Shown here: positions 29,970 to 39,109 of the stretch, piece after piece | Numbering within the stretch: the first letter of the stretch is position 1 | Layout: every line of letters begins with the position of its first letter | Assembly (NCBI GenBank): GCA_965203175.1 | Contig: OZ241867.1 | Span: 3,712,001 to 3,776,000, forward strand | Direction of reading: 5' to 3' | DNA from: Candidatus Latescibacterota bacterium | Lineage (GTDB): Bacteria > Latescibacterota > UBA2968 > UBA8231 | DNA: 64,000 nucleotides | The notes under the pieces: model-generated | Told to the model about the DNA's origin: nothing | The model's input: only the letters and a program-made list of their open reading frames with translations | Databases searched by the model: none | Made by a program: the position numbers and the translations under genes

Positions 29970-32900
29970 CTAGGCTTTAGCTGCAATAAGCTGGGCGATG
30001 AGGTCGTCGAGGCGGTTGCGGGCTGCCGCTAGACCGGCTGGTGTGAAACGCACAAGACGCTCTTCGTCTAAGTCGGTAAAGTACAGCGTAGCGCGGTATT
30101 CGTCTTGGCCCGGATGGAGGCTCTGTAAGCAGAGGGCGTAAATTTCCAACTGCAGTCGGTAGTATTGTACTGCCTCTTCTGTGTTCGCGCGGTGGCCGGT
30201 CTTGTAATCGACTAGCTCCCACAGTCCGTCGGCTCCGCGCCCTATGTAATCGACTACTCCGTGTACTAAACCGCGCTCCAGCGAGAGCGTAAAGCGCACT
30301 TCGGTACGAGCTTCCGCATGGGCGAGCCAGCGTTCGGCTAAGGGCGATTGACGACAGCGGCGCAACAGGGCTGCCAACTCGCGCTCGAACGGGTCGCGAT
30401 AGGAGGCTACGGGTAGGCTGGCGGCGGTGACGAGGTCGGCGGCGAGGGCTGCGGGATCGGCGTCTGGGCTATTACTCAGGGCTTCTATACCGGCATGGGC
30501 AAGCTGGCCGAAGAGCATGCCACGGCGGCGGCGCGCATCTACTTGGCCGAGAGGCCACGGCGGCAGGCCCAGCGCGTACTGGCGATGGTGCGCGGCTGGA
30601 TCTGCGGCGAAGAGAACCAACTCGCTGGCCGCAAATTCGGGCCGGTCCTGGAGATCGTCGAGCGGCGAGAGTAGGTCCAACATCGGTTCTGCCACTTGGG
30701 TGGGCGCGGCGTCGAGGGCTCGAAAGGCTGGCTCGGCCCGGTGATCGGTACTCGTGGGGGCTGGAAACGCACTGGGGTCGGTGTGGATGGGCAAGGGGGA
30801 TGGCACGCCTGCAACTGCCTTGGTACCTCGGGCGAGGTCGGACTCTGTCAATTCTAAGCTCCCACAAATCCAGCCAAGACAGTCCGCAGCCGCGTCGAGG
30901 TCGGCGGCAAAGTGCTTGTCGGTAAGCGCGCCGCCGAGCAGCAAATGGTCGCGGGCGCGGGTGCAAGCCACGTATAGCAGGCGCTTCTCTTCGGCGCGCT
31001 GGCGACGGCTCGCGTTGCGATTGATGAGGGTGCGGACAAAGGAGGAGATCCTTTTGTAATCCTGCTCGGGATCAAGCGCGCGCAAGCCGATGCCCTTTTC
31101 CGCGTCAATGAGCGCAGGGTCGCTGTTTTGAAAATTGAATCGCGCGGCTAAGTCGGGCACTACGACGATGGGAAATTCCAAGCCCTTGGCCGCATGTACG
31201 GTCAGGATGTGCAAGGCGTCCGCGTCGAGGACGGCTTCGCCCTCTTGTTCTTCTGTAGTCAGCAAGTCGAGGCGAGCTGCGAAATCGGCGAGGGGGCCGC
31301 GGAATTCGCGGGCGAGATCGAGGAGCTTGTACACGTTGGCCACGGCCTGCTCCCCGCGCTCGCCATAGCAGAGAAAGCCCCAAGCCCCAGTGTCTTCTAG
31401 GATGGTGTGGAGGAGCTCGACAAGAGGGACGCGGTCGCGCAGCTCGCCCCAATACTGGAGTCGGGCGACGGCGTCCTCGGCGGCCTCTTGGTCCGCAGGG
31501 ACCAGACGCTGCCGCTGATCCGCGTCCGCGAGATTCTTTGCGAGCCGCCCGCCTTGGGGTGCAGTCAGCGCGTACAGCGCGTTGTCCGAAAGGCCGAAGT
31601 ACGGCGAGCGCAACGCGCCCATCAGGGCGATGCCGTCGCCGGAATTGCACAGGACGCGGAGGATATTGGCTAGGTCGTAGATTTCTTGGCGCTGGTAAAA
31701 GCCTCGGCCCCCGGCTACTTGGAAGGGGATGCCGCAGGCCCGCAGCGCGTCTTCGTACGCGGAGAGATTGCGGCGGCGGCGCAGGAGCAAGGCGATGTCT
31801 TTGGGTTCGGGTGGACGCAAACCGTCTTGGTCGGCGACTTGCAGGTCGTTGCCTTCCAAAAGGTGACTCAGACGGCGGGCGACCAATTCGGCTTCGCGTA
31901 GCGCAATTTCCGTCGCGTTGCAGTTGACGTCCGGTGGCAAGAGTAAAAGCTCGACCGAACCCTCGCTTACATTGGTGGGGCGGCACCCAACGAGCGGGTC
32001 GTAGCCGACTTGAAAAGGCTCGTCTGGAACCTCCTGCATGAACTTGGGAAAGAGCGCGTTGACAAAGGCAACGGGCTGGACAAGGGTGCGGAAATTTTCG
32101 CCCATGACGAGGGAGCCGAGTCGCTGGGTGGACGAGGCGTCGAGGACCTCGCCGTCGTCGCAAAAGGGCCGGGACTCGCGCTCGTGCGCGGCATTGGCTT
32201 CCGCAATGGCGTCGCGCACGCGGGCGAAGACGGTGACGTCGGCTGCGCGGAACGAGTAGATCGACTGCTTGGGATCGCCGACGATGAATAGTTTGTCGCC
32301 GGCCATTTGCCCGTCCGGTGACGCCAGCGAGCGGATGATTTTCCACTGCAAGGGGTCGGTGTCTTGGAATTCGTCGATCAGTGCGAAGCGATAGTGTTGG
32401 GCCAAGCGGTGGCGGATGTCCGCGTCGCCGTCGATGAGCTGGTGGGTTTTCTCTAGCAGGTCGTCCATGTCCAGCATACTGCCGTTGCCTTTGCTGTTCT
32501 CATAGCGCGCATCGACCCTGAAGAAGACGTGCGACAGGGCGGGCAGCACTGCGGCGGCGTGCTCGTCGGCCGCAGTGAGTTCAAGGCTGAGGAGGTCGGC
32601 GTGCGGGGCCAAGCAGCGTCCCAAGGCGGGCACGAGTTCGCGGACGCGGGAGAGTGTGGTTTCCTCCCAATTGGATTTTTTACCTAGCCGGCTGCCGCTT
32701 AGGGGTTTGCCATTGGTCAAAAGTCCCTCGGCTAGGCGCGGGAGATTTTCTATCGCCTCGTCGAGCGAAGGCGCTTGGCTCAGCCGGCGCATGAAATCGC
32801 GGAGCGGGTTTAGTCGCTCGACGGCCGAGTCGCTCTCGTCGGTTAGGGGCGAGAGCGCGGCAAGCTCTGCGAGCATGTCGATGAAGTGGGTGTCATCGAG

Positions 32901-33569
32901 CAGGGCGCGGCACGCGGGAGCGCTGGCCGTTTGCTGCATCTCGCGCCAGTCGCTGAGGATTTGGTCGGGCGACTGCTCGGCGTAGCGGCGGCACCACGTG
33001 CGGGCGAGATGCTTTTTTTCGAGCAGGTATTCCAAGACCTGTTCGAGATAGCGGCGCGGCCATTCGGCCAAGGTGCGCCGCAGAGCTTCTTTGTCCGGGT
33101 CGGTGTCGCGCACGCGGGCCAGGGACTCTAGAGTTTGGCGCACGGCTTGGTGCCGAAGCTGCGCGGCATCCATTCCCTCTAAGACCGCGAAGGCCGGGTC
33201 CACATCCGCTTCCATGGGATACTCGCGCAACAGAGATGCGCAGAAGGCGTGGATGGTGGAAATGCGCGCGGCGGGCAGGTCTTCGCGAATTTGCCGCAGG
33301 CGCTGCCGCTCTGGCTCGGGTAGCTCCTGGTCGAGGGCGTCTGCCAGCCGCCGGGCGATACGCTCGCGCATTTCAGCCGCGGCCTTTTGGGTAAACGTGA
33401 TGGCCAGCACTTGGCGCACGCCGATCGCGGGATGCTGGCGCAACAGCTCGATGTAGCGCTCGACTAGCGTTGCGGTCTTGCCGGCACCGGCGCTAGCCGT
33501 GACCGCGATATTGCGCTGGCTGTCGAGGGCCATGCGCTGGACGGGTGTCAGGGGGACGGCGCGCTTCAC
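29970..33569 (-). CDS. addA: AddA-like UvrD helicase-nuclease
   Basis: ASAGAGKT, ITFTQKAAAEM, STIHAFC, IDEFQDT, VGDPKQSIYSFR, TVHAAKGLEF, LYVACTRAR, C-terminal VDYKTG; GTG start overlaps addB stop. Confidence 0.9.
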   Translation of the reverse strand: MKRAVPLTPVQRMALDSQRNIAVTASAGAGKTATLVERYIELLRQHPAIGVRQVLAITFTQKAAAEMRERIARRLADALDQELPEPERQRLRQIREDLPAARISTIHAFCASLLREYPMEADVDPAFAVLEGMDAAQLRHQAVRQTLESLARVRDTDPDKEALRRTLAEWPRRYLEQVLEYLLEKKHLARTWCRRYAEQSPDQILSDWREMQQTASAPACRALLDDTHFIDMLAELAALSPLTDESDSAVERLNPLRDFMRRLSQAPSLDEAIENLPRLAEGLLTNGKPLSGSRLGKKSNWEETTLSRVRELVPALGRCLAPHADLLSLELTAADEHAAAVLPALSHVFFRVDARYENSKGNGSMLDMDDLLEKTHQLIDGDADIRHRLAQHYRFALIDEFQDTDPLQWKIIRSLASPDGQMAGDKLFIVGDPKQSIYSFRAADVTVFARVRDAIAEANAAHERESRPFCDDGEVLDASSTQRLGSLVMGENFRTLVQPVAFVNALFPKFMQEVPDEPFQVGYDPLVGCRPTNVSEGSVELLLLPPDVNCNATEIALREAELVARRLSHLLEGNDLQVADQDGLRPPEPKDIALLLRRRRNLSAYEDALRACGIPFQVAGGRGFYQRQEIYDLANILRVLCNSGDGIALMGALRSPYFGLSDNALYALTAPQGGRLAKNLADADQRQRLVPADQEAAEDAVARLQYWGELRDRVPLVELLHTILEDTGAWGFLCYGERGEQAVANVYKLLDLAREFRGPLADFAARLDLLTTEEQEGEAVLDADALHILTVHAAKGLEFPIVVVPDLAARFNFQNSDPALIDAEKGIGLRALDPEQDYKRISSFVRTLINRNASRRQRAEEKRLLYVACTRARDHLLLGGALTDKHFAADLDAAADCLGWICGSLELTESDLARGTKAVAGVPSPLPIHTDPSAFPAPTSTDHRAEPAFRALDAAPTQVAEPMLDLLSPLDDLQDRPEFAASELVLFAADPAAHHRQYALGLPPWPLGQVDARRRRGMLFGQLAHAGIEALSNSPDADPAALAADLVTAASLPVASYRDPFERELAALLRRCRQSPLAERWLAHAEARTEVRFTLSLERGLVHGVVDYIGRGADGLWELVDYKTGHRANTEEAVQYYRLQLEIYALCLQSLHPGQDEYRATLYFTDLDEERLVRFTPAGLAAARNRLDDLIAQLIAAKA

Positions 33570-36500
33570 GACAAGGCTCGCATGCGCTGGGGATCGAGAC
33601 GGCAGCTTTGTTGATAAGGACAATGCGGGCAGATTTTGGCTGGGTCGTGGGTAGTGACGCGGAATATCCCACGGCGCATGGCTCGCGTGTACGAGAGGAC
33701 GAAACCGCGCACGGCATCGAGGCGCTGGCGATATGCCTCGTGGTCGTACATGCCATAGCGGCCGCTGGCGACATAGGCTGTATTGCGATGTGCGGCATCG
33801 GCGAATAGCCCGCTGCGGCCGCAGTCCTCTAGGTCGCGGAGCATCAGGTACGCCGCCCCAGCTCCTTCGCGCAGCCCGATTCTCTCGAACAGGGATTCGG
33901 CCGCTAGCAAGTAAAGTGGGAGTTGGAGGTTGAGGCCGGTGTCAATATCGGCTACCGAGGGCATGCGGCCGGTCTTGTAGTCGAAGACGACGAAGTGGCC
34001 GTCGGCTGTGCGGTCGATGCGGTCGATTTTGCCGGAGAGTCGCACCTCATCTCCAGTCTCTGGGTCGTCGATAGCATAGGGGGTGGTAGTCGATTGCCGG
34101 TCGCGCTCCCCCATGCCGGGATAGCTGCCAAAGCTCAGTTCGAAATGGGTCGGCACGGCCGGGTTGGCCGCGGCTGCTTGCAGGCGAAGGAAGCGAGGCA
34201 ATATGCCCTCGCGTTCCTCGTCGTCAGAGCCGAGTAGGTGCTCCAATTCCCGATCCCAGAAAAAGCCCGTAAGCCCCATTTCGTCGGCGACTTTGTGGCC
34301 GAGGTGCCGCAGATCCGCGATGTTTGTCGCCAAGTTTTCCGCGCGTTCGGCCGCTTCTCCGTGGGCCGTATAGAAACAATAGAGGATGCGGTGAACTAGG
34401 TTGCCGCGCTTGCGCGCTGAGTCATCGTCTTCCGGGTCGCGGAGGGGCTGGAGATTGAGCAGTTCTTGGGAAAAAAACCGGAAGGGACAGCGGCCATAGA
34501 GTTCCAGTTGGGTTGCGGAGAAAGAATGGCCCGCGCCGAGGCGGTTGCGCAGCTTGTCGAGTAGCGGTTCCTCGTCGAGTACGCCTTCGTGGCTGCCGAG
34601 ACTCTTGGAGATCGTGCGCAACTCGGCGATGTGCAAGCCGCGCACGAGGTGGTGCAACGCAGTGGCGTGGCCGTCGAGCTGTGCGGCCTGGTTGTAGAGT
34701 GCGAGGGCGTCGCGTGCAGGGTCGGAGTCGCGCGGCGTGCATAGGCCTCGGCCCAATTTGAGGTACAATTCGGCAAGAGTGTGTACATCATCAGTCTCGC
34801 GTACCTCAGGCTGCGGGGCGAGTACGCTGTCTAACTCGTCGACAAAGGGCGAGGGAGCGAGCGTCTCGCTGCCCGATTGTTTGGGGTAGAAGACGCCGAG
34901 GCCGCGGCGCGGTGCGCATATGGCGCGGTAGAACAACAAGCGCTCGGCCTCGGTGGTGGCGTCCTCGTCCAAGTTCAGGGCGCGGCGCTGGGTTTCTTCG
35001 AGGAAAATATCGGCTGGCGGCAGGCGAGGGAACTCGCCTTGCACTAGTCCACCGAGGAAGAGGTACTCGCAGGGCGCGCTGCCCGCTGCGGCGAGGTCGG
35101 TCACTTGAATGCCAGCGCGCGTTGCAGCGGGGACGTGCGCTTGAGAGATGGCGTCGCGCAGCAGGTCGGCGAACTGGCTCAGAGTGCGGGACTGGAGGGC
35201 TGCGGCCGGTGCGCACAATTCGTCAAGTAGCTCCAAAAAGCGCGATAGTGCTCGGCCGTCTTCTGCCGCTCCATCCACGAGCGCATCCTCTACGCCCAAC
35301 GCGCTGAGGGCGTGGAGCAGATGGTGGCGGAAGGAGGGCAGGTCCTGGCGGCTTTCCAAGGGCTGGAGTAGGTCAAAGAGCGCGGTTAGGCTGGCTCGTA
35401 GAGGTTGGAGGGCCTCCAATTCGGCGCGTAGGTCCTCGCGCCGAGTAGGAAAATCGTCGATGTCTTCGGAGAACGGTTCTCCTTCTCGACTTAGTTCGCT
35501 CTCTAAATAGTCGAAGTTGCTTTCGATGGCTGCGAGCCATGTGTCGCGTCCGGTCGATGACGGAACGTTGCGGGTCCACGCGGCGAAGTCCTCGGCAGCA
35601 AGCGTGCTGGTCTGGTCTGAGAATGAATAGCGCAGCCGCACCAAGGGCGAGCTGAGTAGACGGAAGAGCGCAGCGCGGCTGTAGCGCTCTAGCACCGCGT
35701 CGATGAGCGCGAAGACGGTGTTCATTGCGGGCGCAGAGGAAAGGGGCCGCCCGCGCGCGAGGTAAAAAGGCAGGCCGTGTCGCGGCAGCACTTCCGCCAC
35801 GAGCTCGGCATAGGTGTCGAGGTTGCGGAAGCTAATGCGAATCTGCGCTAGCTGGACCCCTTGCTCCTGATGCAACTGACGGATGCGGCAGGCTATCGCC
35901 GCGACTTCACCGAGTCGGTCCGGGCAGGCGACCCGCTCTACGGGCGCGTCGAGGCTATCGCGACTGTGAGTAAAGAGGCGGCCGGCAAACGCAGCGGCTG
36001 GGTATTGACCGGCGGCGCTGCGTTCGACGTGGACGGCGCGGGCGCGGAGAAATTCGTACAGGGGCCGCGTGCGGGCAAAAAAACCGGGACCCTCGGGATC
36101 GTAGTCGAGCAACGCGATGGATTCTGGAACGAGGGCTAGCAGCTTGTCCAACACAGGCAAAAAAGGCGCGGGTGCGTCCACAAAGCCGCAGAACACGAGC
36201 AAGCTGAGATCGGGGAAGCGCTGTGCGATCACCGAGTGATCAAGGTGGGCATCCACGGTGGTAAAACGCTCGCGGTTTCCGCTCCAGCTAGCTGCAAGAC
36301 GCTCTAGGTAGGCCGCATAAAGGGTCTGTAATTCTGCGCTGCGCTGGGTTGTTCCACCCAGATCGCTCGGCTGGGTGCCTGTCTCCTCTAACCGGCGAAA
36401 CAACTGAGTCAGCTCTCTGCTCAGCCGCTCGGGGCGCTGGCTGTAGTAGGGTGCGCTGGGCGCGCTGGCTGCGAGGGCGTCTTCGACTAGGAGCCGCTGC

Positions 36501-36772
36501 GCACTGAGGGGTAGGGCTGGTTGCTGGCCGGGACAGAGGCTGTAGAGGATGTTGGTGAAACTGTTTAGGTCGAGGGCCAAGTGTCCGGTGAGTAGGTGGG
36601 TACGGCTGGCGTGGATGAGTTGCCGCCGCATGAGCTGGGCTTGGAAGTGCGTTGGAAAGAGCCAGAGGAAGGACTCGCCAGCGCCCGCGTCGAGGTGCGC
36701 CAAGCAGCGCTCGTACGCGGGCGACGCCTTGTCGGGATGGGCCGGGCCGTAGATGAGGGTCAGTTCGCCCAT
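33566..36772 (-). CDS. addB: AddB-like PD-(D/E)xK nuclease with Fe-S cysteines
   Basis: FSATQLE..GRCP, GKIDRID, FDYKTG, QLPLY, CPHCPYQQSC; upstream of addA. Confidence 0.88.
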   Translation of the reverse strand: MGELTLIYGPAHPDKASPAYERCLAHLDAGAGESFLWLFPTHFQAQLMRRQLIHASRTHLLTGHLALDLNSFTNILYSLCPGQQPALPLSAQRLLVEDALAASAPSAPYYSQRPERLSRELTQLFRRLEETGTQPSDLGGTTQRSAELQTLYAAYLERLAASWSGNRERFTTVDAHLDHSVIAQRFPDLSLLVFCGFVDAPAPFLPVLDKLLALVPESIALLDYDPEGPGFFARTRPLYEFLRARAVHVERSAAGQYPAAAFAGRLFTHSRDSLDAPVERVACPDRLGEVAAIACRIRQLHQEQGVQLAQIRISFRNLDTYAELVAEVLPRHGLPFYLARGRPLSSAPAMNTVFALIDAVLERYSRAALFRLLSSPLVRLRYSFSDQTSTLAAEDFAAWTRNVPSSTGRDTWLAAIESNFDYLESELSREGEPFSEDIDDFPTRREDLRAELEALQPLRASLTALFDLLQPLESRQDLPSFRHHLLHALSALGVEDALVDGAAEDGRALSRFLELLDELCAPAAALQSRTLSQFADLLRDAISQAHVPAATRAGIQVTDLAAAGSAPCEYLFLGGLVQGEFPRLPPADIFLEETQRRALNLDEDATTEAERLLFYRAICAPRRGLGVFYPKQSGSETLAPSPFVDELDSVLAPQPEVRETDDVHTLAELYLKLGRGLCTPRDSDPARDALALYNQAAQLDGHATALHHLVRGLHIAELRTISKSLGSHEGVLDEEPLLDKLRNRLGAGHSFSATQLELYGRCPFRFFSQELLNLQPLRDPEDDDSARKRGNLVHRILYCFYTAHGEAAERAENLATNIADLRHLGHKVADEMGLTGFFWDRELEHLLGSDDEEREGILPRFLRLQAAAANPAVPTHFELSFGSYPGMGERDRQSTTTPYAIDDPETGDEVRLSGKIDRIDRTADGHFVVFDYKTGRMPSVADIDTGLNLQLPLYLLAAESLFERIGLREGAGAAYLMLRDLEDCGRSGLFADAAHRNTAYVASGRYGMYDHEAYRQRLDAVRGFVLSYTRAMRRGIFRVTTHDPAKICPHCPYQQSCRLDPQRMRALS

Positions 36773-36834
36773 TAGTAGCAGGTTGAAAGTGGCGTGAAGG
36801 GGTGCGTTGGCAACGTATCGCCGAGGGAAAACAC

Positions 36835-36866
36835 TGTCAAGATGCGCGCTGCGCTGCGCGTTGACA
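36835..36866. promoter_or_regulatory. back-to-back -35 hexamers of a divergent promoter
   Basis: TGTCAA (36835-40) ... TTGACA (36861-66) between divergent addB and the 36933 gene. Confidence 0.45.
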
Positions 36867-36932
36867 TAGAACGGGGCAGGTCGCTTTTTATGCCACGCGG
36901 CACGACCGCGCTTTTTATCGGTGGAATTCGCT

Positions 36933-37943
36933 ATGAAAAAATGGACCGTTGCATTCCTTTTGTGGTGTAGTTGCGCGCCCCTGACCTCTCCTGCGGGAGG
37001 TCCGGAGGACTGGCAGAAATCCGAGCCTCCCCCTCCACCGCCGAGTGCGCTAGAGCAGTACTTGGAGGCGCGTCAGCGCTATGGCTCTGGCCCTCGGCCC
37101 GACTTTGTGGCCGTGGTGCCGTTTGTCGATAAATCGGGGTTTCGCGAGGGCGTGTGGAACGTCGAATACGAGCTGGCCAATATGGTCAGCGCGGAGCTAG
37201 TGGTCATTCGCAATTGGAAGGTCGTTCCTTTTGACGCAGTTGCCGAGTTGGCGCTGGAGTGGGGATTTGCCGACCACGAGAAGGCCCTCGCGATCGGCCG
37301 CGAGTTGGGGGCTGATTTTGTAATCGTGGGCCTGTTGCAGGATTACGACATGCGCCGCCTGTCGGTGGGGGATCCCTTGGTAGGAGGCTACAAATCCTAT
37401 TCGGCCGTGGCGCAGATGAGCGTCGAGATTGCGCGGGTTGACGACGGCAGCGCGATTGGTAAGGCAGAGGTTAAGCGCGATCTCACCGACCGCGACGTGG
37501 GACTCGACTTGTTGGGCAAGCCGCGCGAGCAGGATCTGCAATTTGCCAGCTTGAAGGAGCTAGAGTTTGGCTCGGAGGAGTTCCGCGAGACCCTGTTGGG
37601 CAAGGCGACGATAGAGGCCGTGGGTGAATTGGTGCACAAGGTAGCTGCTGCGTTCGAGCCGGAGGGCTTGGTTTTCGAGGGCGATGCGCCCGAGGTCATC
37701 GCCGTGTACAGCGAGGACATTTACGCCAACATCGGCAGCGAGCACGGCGTGCGGCCTCGGTTGCGCTTTTTCGTCTATCCTGGCAACGAGCGGATAAAGG
37801 CCGAGGGGCTGGCTCCCGATGAGTCGGTTGCCCTCGTCGAAGTTGCCGAGATCATTAGCACCCGGCTCGCCAGCTTGCGAGTGCTCCGCACAACCGGGGA
37901 GATCAAGGCGGGCGACCGGCTCGAGTTAGCAGAAGGAGAATAG
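36933..37943 (+). CDS. CsgG/FlgT-like secreted protein
   Basis: Signal peptide, VAVVPF...IGRELGADFVIVG alpha/beta domain, C-terminal ANIGSEHGV FlgT_C-like domain. Confidence 0.65.
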   Translation: MKKWTVAFLLWCSCAPLTSPAGGPEDWQKSEPPPPPPSALEQYLEARQRYGSGPRPDFVAVVPFVDKSGFREGVWNVEYELANMVSAELVVIRNWKVVPFDAVAELALEWGFADHEKALAIGRELGADFVIVGLLQDYDMRRLSVGDPLVGGYKSYSAVAQMSVEIARVDDGSAIGKAEVKRDLTDRDVGLDLLGKPREQDLQFASLKELEFGSEEFRETLLGKATIEAVGELVHKVAAAFEPEGLVFEGDAPEVIAVYSEDIYANIGSEHGVRPRLRFFVYPGNERIKAEGLAPDESVALVEVAEIISTRLASLRVLRTTGEIKAGDRLELAEGE

Positions 37944-37945
37944 CG

Positions 37946-38980
37946 ATGCAGGGAGTGGTCAAATACCAGCGGGGCGATGGATTTGTCGAGTTGCGCGACT
38001 TAGCGGATGCGCCGCCCGGCCCCAATCAGGTGAAGGTCGAAGTGCAGGCCACTGGGATTTGCGGATCGGATCTACACGTGTACCGCGATACTATCAACTA
38101 CAATATCCAGACTCCGGTCGTCATGGGACACGAGTTCAGCGGCGTGGTAGTGGAAAAGGGCGCGGAGGTTGGCGACTACGTGCAGGTGGGCGACCGCGTG
38201 ACGGGCGAGCCGAGTGTGTACATCTGCGGCGACTGCGACTACTGCTTGAGCGAGCACTACAACCTCTGCCCCGAGCGCAAGGTCATGGGCTACTGGCACC
38301 ACGGCTGCTTTGCGCCCTATTGCAATGCGACGTTCGTCCACAAGCTGCCCGAGGGTGTGGGGTTTGAAGCCGGTGCCCTGACCGAGCTGTTGGCCTGCTG
38401 CGTGCATTCGGTCATTGAGCAGGCTGGAGTGACCGCTGGGGACTTTGTTGCCATTACTGGGCCTGGACCGGTGGGGTTATTCTCGGCGCTGGTGGCGCTG
38501 GCCGAGGGGGGGACGGTGATTCTCTGCGGCACGGAGCGGGATACTGAGCGGCTGAAGTTGGCCGAGGACCTGGGCGTGCAACACACAATCGATATTACGG
38601 CCTGCGATCCGGTGGCGCGGGTGCGCGAGTTGACCGGCGGCTATGGTGCCGACGTGGTGGTCGAGTGCGCGGGGGTGGCACCGGCTATGCGGTTGGCCTT
38701 GGAACTTGTGCGCAAGCGGGGCCGCTTTTCTCAGATGGGGCTGCCGGGTGAGCCGGTGGAGATCGACTTTGAGAAGATCGCCTATAATGAGCTCCAGGTC
38801 TCCGGCGGCATTGGTCAGCGGCGACCGGCTTGGAAGCGGGCGCTGCGGCTGATCGAGCGGGGTTTTATTCCCAGCGAGAAGCTGATTACCCACTACTTTG
38901 CCCTGAGCGAATGGCAGCGGGCTTTTGATATGGCCGAGGGGCAGGAGGGGATTAAGCTGATGTTTACGCCGCAGGGGTGA
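37946..38980 (+). CDS. zinc-dependent alcohol/sugar dehydrogenase (MDR)
   Basis: GICGSDLH, GHEFSG, CGDCDYC..C, GPGPVG. Confidence 0.93.
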   Translation: MQGVVKYQRGDGFVELRDLADAPPGPNQVKVEVQATGICGSDLHVYRDTINYNIQTPVVMGHEFSGVVVEKGAEVGDYVQVGDRVTGEPSVYICGDCDYCLSEHYNLCPERKVMGYWHHGCFAPYCNATFVHKLPEGVGFEAGALTELLACCVHSVIEQAGVTAGDFVAITGPGPVGLFSALVALAEGGTVILCGTERDTERLKLAEDLGVQHTIDITACDPVARVRELTGGYGADVVVECAGVAPAMRLALELVRKRGRFSQMGLPGEPVEIDFEKIAYNELQVSGGIGQRRPAWKRALRLIERGFIPSEKLITHYFALSEWQRAFDMAEGQEGIKLMFTPQG

Positions 38981-39109
38981 GTGGGAAGGGACGCTGGAAT
39001 GCGATATGGAAGTTGAGTTGCCGACATTGGATTGGGTGAGGTTTGGAATATAGCAAATGGCAATACGCCTATAGCTTGGTGCGCTGGAAATTGCTAAAGG
39101 GAAGCAATA

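Noticed and set aside
31105-32346. 413-aa ORF and many similar Arg/Pro-rich ORFs
   Set aside because: Shadow frames inside well-supported genes, typical of high-GC DNA
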